A DNA stretch of 24,000 nt, from NCBI GenBank assembly GCA_018238155.1, contig JABCTZ010000019.1:138975-162974 (forward strand), given 5' to 3'. The notes under the pieces are model-generated. The model had not been told where the DNA came from. It ran no database searches and saw only the letters and a list, made by a program, of their open reading frames with translations. This document shows positions 7,812 to 14,601 of the stretch, piece after piece (the stretch's first letter is position 1; each line of letters starts with the position of its first letter). This DNA is from Candidatus Heimdallarchaeota archaeon. Lineage in GTDB: Archaea > Asgardarchaeota > Heimdallarchaeia > JABLTI01. A program made the translations under genes and the position numbers.

Positions 7812-8786
7812 CTATTCAGATATTTTCTTCTTTTTGCTTAAGTGTTCTTTCAGGGATTTTTTTTCTAAAATAACTGTCACTACAATACCCACTGCAACAA
7901 AAGTCATGCCAATAAATGCAGACCAATGCGGAATTTCTATGAAGAAAAGCACAGCTAATAATGTTGCACCAAACATTTCACCTAAAGCAGTAACAGTAAT
8001 AACCGGTGCTCTAACAAACCCTAGACTATAATTGTATAAAGTGTGACCTAAACAAGATGGTCCAATAGCAAGTAGCAAAAAGAGCATGAAATGTTGCCAA
8101 CTAAGACCAGAAATGATTAATGGTCTTATTACAGGATTGGCAAGTATGTAAGCTAGAAGGAAAATTGTACAAATTCCATAAACAATTGTTGCATATGAGA
8201 AAATGTCTAATCTCTCTCTTTTCTTTCTCCCGATAACAAAATATATTGCTCCTGAAATTCCGCCAGCTAGTGCGAACAAATCTCCGTAAAAATTACCTAG
8301 CCCTTCTGTTAGAAGATCTGATAATCCTACAGTAATAGCTCCTATTACCGTCAGTGCAACAACAAGAGCTTGTTTCCAAGATACTTTATCTTTAAGAAAA
8401 ATCACCGATAAAAGAAGAGCAAATAAAGGCATTAAATACACAATTGTAATTGAACTTGCGACATTTGTCATTTGCAAAGAAAGGTTCCAAGTAGCAAAAT
8501 GAATTGCTAAAGCCAGTCCTGATAAAGTTAATAATGGCATATCTCTCTTTAACGCTACTTTTTTGAATTCTTTCAAATTTCTAGTAAAAACTGCACCCAG
8601 AAACATTCCCACGGTTGCAAAAAGCAAGCGCCAAAAAGCAATTACAGATGCATCTGCCGGAATAAGATTTTCATCTATTCTAATGATTTCTATACCCGCA
8701 TATCGAATAAGTATAGAAGCAAAAGAGGTCATAACCATTGCTAAAGCTATAAGAAAGTAAACATGTTTGGGGATTTGTTTCCTCAT
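7812..8786 (-). CDS. EamA/DMT-superfamily transporter (about 10 TM)
   Basis: Hydrophobic ORF with about ten predicted TM segments in two halves, typical of the EamA duplication. The ORF-track start (8855) is a TTG, and ATG at 8786..8784 (MRKQIPKHVYFLIAL...) is more likely. Confidence 0.8.
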   Translation of the reverse strand: MRKQIPKHVYFLIALAMVMTSFASILIRYAGIEIIRIDENLIPADASVIAFWRLLFATVGMFLGAVFTRNLKEFKKVALKRDMPLLTLSGLALAIHFATWNLSLQMTNVASSITIVYLMPLFALLLSVIFLKDKVSWKQALVVALTVIGAITVGLSDLLTEGLGNFYGDLFALAGGISGAIYFVIGRKKRERLDIFSYATIVYGICTIFLLAYILANPVIRPLIISGLSWQHFMLFLLLAIGPSCLGHTLYNYSLGFVRAPVITVTALGEMFGATLLAVLFFIEIPHWSAFIGMTFVAVGIVVTVILEKKSLKEHLSKKKKISE

Positions 8787-8913
8787 TGCTTCTTTCTGTA
8801 ATGGTTCTGATGATAACTCTCTATCTGGCTCGAGAAGTTCCTTTTGATCTAACAAAGTAATCTGTGAAATAGGCTCATTTACAATTAAATAACTTGTTAA
8901 TATTTTAGTATTT

Positions 8914-8921
8914 AAAAAAAA
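8914..8921 (-). terminator. Oligo-T (T8) tract downstream of the 1196-aa gene
   Basis: The A8 at 8914-8921 on the + strand is a T8 on the coding strand, about 25 nt after the stop at 8947-8949. Confidence 0.35.
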
Positions 8922-8946
8922 GAATAAGAAGAAATTAAGTTTTCAC

Positions 8947-11900
8947 CTATTTCTCGGATAATTCTTTGAAAGATCCTGTCATATCTTTAACATGTTCATT
9001 AATGACTTCGGATAAATCGTTCGTTTTGTCAATTGACATGGTAGTTCTCTTAGCAAAACTGGAAATTTGTTTAAGCATTACTTCTTCTAAATCATCTACT
9101 GATTTGAGAAAAGCTTCAGCTATTTCCATATTACTTCTATTTGAAAGTTCAAACTGCTTTCGAGCAAAGAGTGTAGCTTCTCGTTTGACTTTCTGAAGCA
9201 CTCGATCAAAACCATCTAATAAATCAACAATTAATCGGTCTGTACTCAAACCAACTCTTTCACCCATTGCGTTTATCTCTACATCTAAATCTACTAAAAA
9301 TCTGTTGGATTTAGTTTCGCAAGCAGTAATTGTTTTCATCGATGCTTTCTCTATTTTTTCCATATCTTTCTTCAGATTCACATTGAGATTACTCATTGTT
9401 TTTCCATAAAAAGAAAGATGGTTTCGTCCTATTTGATGTAATTCATTTTTGTATTTCTCTATATTTGCTGCTTCTCTTTCTATACGAGTGATTACTTGCT
9501 CAGTTAATTTTTGGCGGATTCGTTCAAGGTTTTCAGTATATCTCTCTTCAATGCCTAATACTGCTTGCTCACCAATAACTGTTACTCTCTCTGTTCTTCT
9601 AGAAGCTTCTGCAGTAATATTACCTACCGTGCTAAATATTGCTCCTTCTATTCCAGCTGTTTTAGTTTCTAATTCTAAAATAGCTCTGTTAGTAATAGAT
9701 GAGGTTTGTTCTCGCAAATCACTAGTTAACTTTTCACAATGCTCGAAAATAATTTCTTTTGAATTACTCAAGATTTCTTGTTGTTTTGTTAAGTCTTCTT
9801 TCAAAGATTGTGTATAACGGTCTCTAAATTCATAGGCATTTCCTATTTGTTTTTCTTGTAACGCATCGATTTTCTTATCTAAGATTTTAAGTTGCTGTCT
9901 GTGCATTTTGTTAATTTCATTATACATATCAATGGATTCATCTTGTTGTTTTTCATTCAGTTCACCAAGTTCAATTTCTTGTTTACTGAGTTCAGCTGCA
10001 GCTTGTCTAAATATTCTGTCTGCACCAGAAGTAATATTAGATCGGATTGTTTGTGCAGTTGAATTAACGCCATTTGATAATTGGCTAATAGCTTTTTCAG
10101 TAAGGGCAGTAATAGTTGAACGAGAAGATTGCTCTTGATCTAATAATGAAGAAGCATCATTAGCAATTGTTTTTTCTACTTTTACGAAGCTTTCTTGCGT
10201 TTTAGAAATATATTTCTCTCGAGCACGTATGAAATTATCTTTAAGTGAAATACTGTCTTTGGTAGTTCGAGAACTTTGACGATTAAGCATGTTATCAATA
10301 GATTTGCTTAATTCCTTTCTAGTACGTTTGAAAGCTTCAATATCGTTAGAAAAGAATCGATTAAGATTATTGTCAGTCCTCTTATAGAATTGTTTATACT
10401 CCGTGCCGAGTTCTACTAGTAATTTAGAAACTGGAAACTTTGTTTCGTCAATTAATCTATCTTGTTCTTTCTTAAAGGTTACAAGTCTGTTGTTAATTGA
10501 TAAACTATCTTTCTTGAGAGTATTGGCAATTTCTTGAAGAGAGCGCCTTGTACTAGCACCTGTTTCAGCACCAAAATGTCTGAAATTTTTAGAAATTTGA
10601 GTGTAGGAATCGCGAATAAGTATTATTAATTCCTCTTTTGAAACTTGATTGTTGTTTTTTATTTGATCTACTAGCTTGTCCATTTTATTCTCTAATGCTT
10701 CGAGGTTTTTGTCAACATTTGAATCAATTCTATCTTGAATTGTTTTAGTGCTTTCACCTCTCCATCGTTCAAGTTTTTTAGTTAAGGAGGAAACTTCTTT
10801 TGAAGTATCCCTTAATTCTTTCTGATGTTTAGTTGAAAATTCTTTGTAAAGTGATTGGAAAGATCTATCTTGTTCTACTAACTTCTTTTCTAAATTATCG
10901 AAATTTGATGAAAAACCCTTATCAATTCGCTCTTTTAAGCGCTTGAGGTCCTTCTCAAAATTTTCTTCTTTCTTTTTAGAATCATTTTTGAATTGCTTGC
11001 TGATATCCTGCAATTCTACTTGCAATCGTCGGTCGAATCTAGTTAGAAAAGTAGTTTCATCTTTTATAATACGTTCATTTAATTTTTCAAGGTTTATCAT
11101 GAGTTCCTTTACAGGTTCAGTTAAGGTCATATTGATAAAATTGACCAGGTTTTGTACACTTGTACCGTTATTATCTACTGTATTTAGAAAGTCAGCTTCA
11201 AGTTTTGCGATAATATCACTAAGATCCATTTGATATTCTGCAACAGCTCCATTTAGAATGATGAGGAATTGTTCTATCATTTCGTTAAGAACATCTCGAG
11301 ACCGCTCTGAAGTATTATGAATAAATTTGTTCTTTTCATTAGTTATTTTTTCAATAGAATTAACAAATTTATCTTCAATAGCATTCATCTCATCGTTTGC
11401 AGAAGAAGTGTTTTTGAGAGATTGTTCAATTAAAATCTCTATTTTATTATCAAAATCATTTGCTAGCTCTTCCGCAGCTTTGCTAAAAATCGAAAAGTGA
11501 TTTTCCATTAAACCGGAAAGTGATTGTTTCTGTTGTTCTATAACCACCTTTTGTTCATCCAAACTTGCAATAGTAATTTTAGAAAAACGCGGTTGGATGG
11601 AATCAACTGTAGTCACCAGTGGCCGTTTTTGTTCTGTTAATACACGAACCATTTCTGTTTGGAAGTTTAGCGATGATTCTTCAATTGCTTCTGTTAAAGA
11701 GCTAATTGCTTCATCAATTTGTTCGTTAATTGGTCGAGTAACTTTCTCTAAATCATCTATACCAGAATCGAGTACGGTAAAAATAATATCCTCAAATTCA
11801 TCCTTAGATGTATTGAAAGCTTCTAAGACTTCATCGAAGGCAGAATTGGCTTTAGTTTCAAAATCAATAATATCACTTACTCGTGCATCAACAGTAGCTT

Positions 11901-12537
11901 CAAGTTGCTTCTCTGCTCTAGCATAAGTAGCAATTAACGTTTTAGAGAAATTTTGCGCTAAAGGGATTAATCCTCGCTTAATATTATCCGTTGTTTCCTT
12001 TGTTCGGATTGAAGATTCTTCAAGAAATTCATTAGATGTCTTTGTTATTCGGTTTAAATCTTTCAAATCCATTTCAATGGATGCAAGGATTCCACTGAAA
12101 GAAGCATCCATAGCCATTTCGAGGTCCTTAATATCTTCCTCGGAACGTTCAGTTCGTTTCTCACGTTCATCTGTACTGGCTTCTCTTACATTCTTTATTG
12201 CTCCCTCTGTGAAATTATGAACAACTTCTGTAGTAGCTTCCAATTCACTCTTGCGTGCTTCAAGAGAACGAGTTAAAGTACTCAAAACATTGATGAATTT
12301 CATAACAGGGAATACAGCAATATAGCGACGATCATCATCATTTCCCACAGGGACAGTGAACCCTCGTTCATGCATAGCCTCTAAAATCGCGTTAATTCTT
12401 CCCTTAGAAACTCTACTTCGTTTTGAGATTTCCATAGGGGTTAATGCACCATCATTTACCAAAGCTTGGAAAACTCGTTTCTCATTTGCAGATAAACGAG
12501 GTAGTAAACCGAGAGCCTTTGCTTCTTTTTTAGACAT
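8947..12537 (-). CDS. Giant (1196 aa) protein: N-terminal TrmB-type winged-helix DNA-binding domain plus about 1100 aa of segmented alpha-helical / coiled-coil sequence
   Basis: Uninterrupted ORF with ATG at 12537 and GGTGA 8-12 nt upstream. Residues ~10-95 (LGLLPRLSANEKRVFQALVNDGALTPMEISKRSRVSKGRINAILEAMHERGFTVPVG..RRYIAVFP) match the TrmB N-terminal wHTH pattern. The rest is E/K/S/N/T/I/L-rich and shows no TM segment, Walker A motif or Cys cluster. Gly/Pro helix breakers occur roughly every 40-70 residues. Confidence 0.85.
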   Translation of the reverse strand: MSKKEAKALGLLPRLSANEKRVFQALVNDGALTPMEISKRSRVSKGRINAILEAMHERGFTVPVGNDDDRRYIAVFPVMKFINVLSTLTRSLEARKSELEATTEVVHNFTEGAIKNVREASTDEREKRTERSEEDIKDLEMAMDASFSGILASIEMDLKDLNRITKTSNEFLEESSIRTKETTDNIKRGLIPLAQNFSKTLIATYARAEKQLEATVDARVSDIIDFETKANSAFDEVLEAFNTSKDEFEDIIFTVLDSGIDDLEKVTRPINEQIDEAISSLTEAIEESSLNFQTEMVRVLTEQKRPLVTTVDSIQPRFSKITIASLDEQKVVIEQQKQSLSGLMENHFSIFSKAAEELANDFDNKIEILIEQSLKNTSSANDEMNAIEDKFVNSIEKITNEKNKFIHNTSERSRDVLNEMIEQFLIILNGAVAEYQMDLSDIIAKLEADFLNTVDNNGTSVQNLVNFINMTLTEPVKELMINLEKLNERIIKDETTFLTRFDRRLQVELQDISKQFKNDSKKKEENFEKDLKRLKERIDKGFSSNFDNLEKKLVEQDRSFQSLYKEFSTKHQKELRDTSKEVSSLTKKLERWRGESTKTIQDRIDSNVDKNLEALENKMDKLVDQIKNNNQVSKEELIILIRDSYTQISKNFRHFGAETGASTRRSLQEIANTLKKDSLSINNRLVTFKKEQDRLIDETKFPVSKLLVELGTEYKQFYKRTDNNLNRFFSNDIEAFKRTRKELSKSIDNMLNRQSSRTTKDSISLKDNFIRAREKYISKTQESFVKVEKTIANDASSLLDQEQSSRSTITALTEKAISQLSNGVNSTAQTIRSNITSGADRIFRQAAAELSKQEIELGELNEKQQDESIDMYNEINKMHRQQLKILDKKIDALQEKQIGNAYEFRDRYTQSLKEDLTKQQEILSNSKEIIFEHCEKLTSDLREQTSSITNRAILELETKTAGIEGAIFSTVGNITAEASRRTERVTVIGEQAVLGIEERYTENLERIRQKLTEQVITRIEREAANIEKYKNELHQIGRNHLSFYGKTMSNLNVNLKKDMEKIEKASMKTITACETKSNRFLVDLDVEINAMGERVGLSTDRLIVDLLDGFDRVLQKVKREATLFARKQFELSNRSNMEIAEAFLKSVDDLEEVMLKQISSFAKRTTMSIDKTNDLSEVINEHVKDMTGSFKELSEK

Positions 12538-12555
12538 CTTCTTTCACCATTCCAA

Positions 12556-12577
12556 TGTTTCATTTAAAGATGAAACA
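12556..12577. promoter_or_regulatory. Palindrome TGTTTCAT-N6-ATGAAACA in the promoter/5' region of the wHTH giant gene (candidate operator)
   Basis: Perfect 8-bp arms (12556-12563 and 12570-12577) flank the A/T spacer TTAAAG (TATA-like CTTTAAA on the coding strand). The element lies 19-40 nt upstream of the ATG at 12537. Confidence 0.3.
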
Positions 12578-12726
12578 CAGTAATTTCTAACCGAATATTT
12601 GATATTAATAGTAGATAAATGACGGGCACTGCTTAAATGATTTATGTCCTTGCTATACATTGGATAAAGCTGTCAAAAGAAAAAATTCAAAAGAGAGAAG
12701 ATTTGAAGTCATACTATATTCCATTT

Positions 12727-12837
12727 GGGCCGGTAGATCAACCTGGTAGATCGTCTGATTCGCAATTGACTAAAAGGTTGCAAACCTTTCAACAAAAATT
12801 CAGAAGGCTACGGATTCAAATTCCGTCCGGTCCACCA
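12727..12837 (+). tRNA. tRNA-Ala (anticodon CGC) with a ~34-nt intron in the anticodon loop and an encoded 3' CCA
   Basis: Hand fold. The acceptor GGGCCGG/CCGGTCC carries the Ala identity pair G3:U70. U8, A14, G18G19 and A21 are present. The D-stem is GATC/GATC and the anticodon stem is TCTGA (12754-58)/TCAGA (12800-04). The loop starts TTCGCA and is then interrupted by ~34 nt (about 12765-12798) containing the hairpin AAAGGTT-GCA-AACCTTT. The T-arm is ACGGA-TTCAAAT-TCCGT, the discriminator is A, and CCA sits at 12835-12837. Exact splice junctions cannot be fixed by eye. Confidence 0.85.
12812..12835 (+). repeat. Left copy of a direct repeat (T-arm and acceptor 3' strand of tRNA-Ala)
   Basis: GGATTCAAATTCCGTCCGGTCCAC matches 20087-20110 at 20 of 24 positions in the same orientation (hand alignment). 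Confidence 0.6.
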
Positions 12838-12906
12838 TTTATTCTCTTCTTTCTCTCTCAATTACATGTTTGAACAATTTTCTTCTTCTTGTAAATCAAT
12901 GGATAA

Positions 12907-14601
12907 TTAGTCCTTAACATCCTTCTTACTAAGGTATTGTTCTTTCAATTTATTGCAGAACTCTGTTGTTGCTATCATATCCTTGCCAATCTTATTATCC
13001 TCAATTTCAAGAATTCTACTATTTGGTATTACTGAGAGTAAATCGTGTGTCACCGCAAGAACTGAAGCATTAGTACCCATAACATACTCTACAAAAAGGC
13101 TAATTATTTTGCGTTTATTTAATTCATCCAAGTTGGCTGTAGGTTCATCTATAAGCATTATTCTCGGTGATAGTACTAATCCCAGAAGCATTGTTGCCCT
13201 TTTCTTTTCTCCTTGTGAATAGTTTTCTACTAACTGATTTTTAATATCATCCAACGAGAGATATTGCAATAAATGATTTGTATCATAAAAACTCTGTTTA
13301 CTTTTTTTATTAACTGTAAAATAATTTATATTTTCAATTAAGGTCATAGAGGGATAGAGATTGATATATTGTGAGGAGTAGTAGACTGAGTGGGATCGCA
13401 GTTTATCAATTGCTGTAAAATTAGATGAGAGGATTTCTTCACCTAGAATTCTTATTGAACCGATAAAATCCCTATCAATCCCTGATACAAGGTTCAGTAA
13501 TGTTGTTTTTCCTGTGCCTGATGGACCAATTAGAAACACTAATTCACCAGGATAAATTTGTAGATTTAAGTTTTGTAAGATAAGTTCTTTTCTGGGTGAA
13601 TAATAGAATTTTGTCAAATCTGTACATTCTAAAATACTTGTCTCTTTTTTGTCTCGTTTTCTTGGTTGATATTGTGGGATTTTCACATGTTGGGAAATTT
13701 CTTTTCCGGCAAAGCTTTCTGGTGATTCGGGGTTCTCAAGATAGATTTTCTTTGATTCGTGATTTACAATAAATTTGACTTTCTTGTTTAATGATAGAAG
13801 TTCTTTGATTTGGTTTGGTAGGAATAAGTAAGAATAGCTATCAATATGCGAAACAAAAGTCTCAGAAGCAACAGGTTTATCCTTATCTTCACTTTCCTCT
13901 GGAAAATTTTCCTGAGTATAAATAGCTCCTAATCTACCGTTGAAAATAAGAAAAGATTCAGAGACCACAGAAAAGTAGTTAGGATCATGACTAACAACAA
14001 CAATGGTTGTTTTTTCCTCTTGATTTATTTTTTTAAGTAGATCCAAAATGATTTTTGTGTTCTTTTTATCAAGTTGACCTGTAGGTTCATCAGCTAATAG
14101 TATTGATGGAGAGTTGGTGAGGGAAATTGCTAAACTAACTCGCATACTTTCTCCCATTGAAAGCAGTTTTGCCTTTCTAAGAGCGAGATGTTTGATCTCC
14201 ATTTGCTCTAGTATTTCATCAACTTGTTTTTTTGATTCTTCTAAGCTCTTACCTAAAAGCCTAGTTGGTACCATTAAATTCCGTTCAACAGTAAGCTCTG
14301 GAAAGAGATTATAATGTGGTATTTGATTAAGGAATCCAATATTCTGCAAACGGAAATCATATAATTCTTTCTTTGACATTAAATCAACGTCATGCGATAA
14401 AACATTCACTTTACCACTAGTTGGTTGTTCTAAACCACTGATTATTCTCATGAGAGTAGATTTCCCAGCACCACTGGGACCAATTATTGAAACAAAACTA
14501 CCACTCTTGATATCTAAATCACAACCACCTAAAGCTACAATGGAACGACCTAGTTCAGGCTTAGGATAGATTTTTGTTATTGCCTCAAGATTAATCATCA
14601 T
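12907..14601 (-). CDS. ABC transporter ATPase with two fused nucleotide-binding domains (MacB/LolD/FtsE-like NBDs)
   Basis: 564 aa. NBD1 has Walker A GPSGAGKST, Q-loop LNQ, signature LSMGESMRV, Walker B ILLADEPTGQLD and H-loop VSHD. NBD2 has Walker A GPSGTGKTT, signature YSQGEKKRA, Walker B MLIDEPTANLD and H-loop VTHD. Signatures of the S-x-G-E-x-x-R type resemble the LSGGEQQR of the MacB/LolD family. The start ATG (14601) overlaps the permease stop (ATGA), with GGAGGG upstream. Confidence 0.9.
   Translation of the reverse strand: MMINLEAITKIYPKPELGRSIVALGGCDLDIKSGSFVSIIGPSGAGKSTLMRIISGLEQPTSGKVNVLSHDVDLMSKKELYDFRLQNIGFLNQIPHYNLFPELTVERNLMVPTRLLGKSLEESKKQVDEILEQMEIKHLALRKAKLLSMGESMRVSLAISLTNSPSILLADEPTGQLDKKNTKIILDLLKKINQEEKTTIVVVSHDPNYFSVVSESFLIFNGRLGAIYTQENFPEESEDKDKPVASETFVSHIDSYSYLFLPNQIKELLSLNKKVKFIVNHESKKIYLENPESPESFAGKEISQHVKIPQYQPRKRDKKETSILECTDLTKFYYSPRKELILQNLNLQIYPGELVFLIGPSGTGKTTLLNLVSGIDRDFIGSIRILGEEILSSNFTAIDKLRSHSVYYSSQYINLYPSMTLIENINYFTVNKKSKQSFYDTNHLLQYLSLDDIKNQLVENYSQGEKKRATMLLGLVLSPRIMLIDEPTANLDELNKRKIISLFVEYVMGTNASVLAVTHDLLSVIPNSRILEIEDNKIGKDMIATTEFCNKLKEQYLSKKDVKD

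Noticed and set aside
1795-8760. Short nested or antisense ORFs inside tldD, pmbA, the PRC-barrel gene, aor, the SCP2 gene and the EamA gene (e.g. 1795-1980, 2469-2654, 3321-3527, 4874-5074, 5823-6032, 6196-6429, 6384-6614, 7352-7552, 7834-8031, 8563-8760)
   Set aside because: Each lies within a longer ORF that has clear family motifs, and none has independent support.
8966-12583. Seven + strand ORFs (61-122 aa) antisense to the 1196-aa gene, e.g. 9449-9817 and 11597-11926
   Set aside because: These are Ser/Phe/Leu/Cys-rich mirror-image products of Glu/Lys/Asn-rich codons, a typical antisense artefact of a long low-complexity gene. None has a start context or a recognisable motif.
12771-12791. 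Reading the hairpin AAAGG-TTGCAAA-CCTTT as the true anticodon arm (tRNA-Cys GCA with two introns)
   Set aside because: This needs two separate insertions. It also ignores the perfect TCTGA/TCAGA anticodon stem and conflicts with the G3:U70 alanine identity pair. A single-intron tRNA-Ala(CGC) is far more parsimonious.
12637-12873. 78-aa + strand ORF from the six-frame track
   Set aside because: It runs straight through the tRNA-Ala gene (12727-12837). Its sequence (…GPVDQPGRSSDSQLTKRLQ…) is simply the tRNA read as codons, so it is not a gene.
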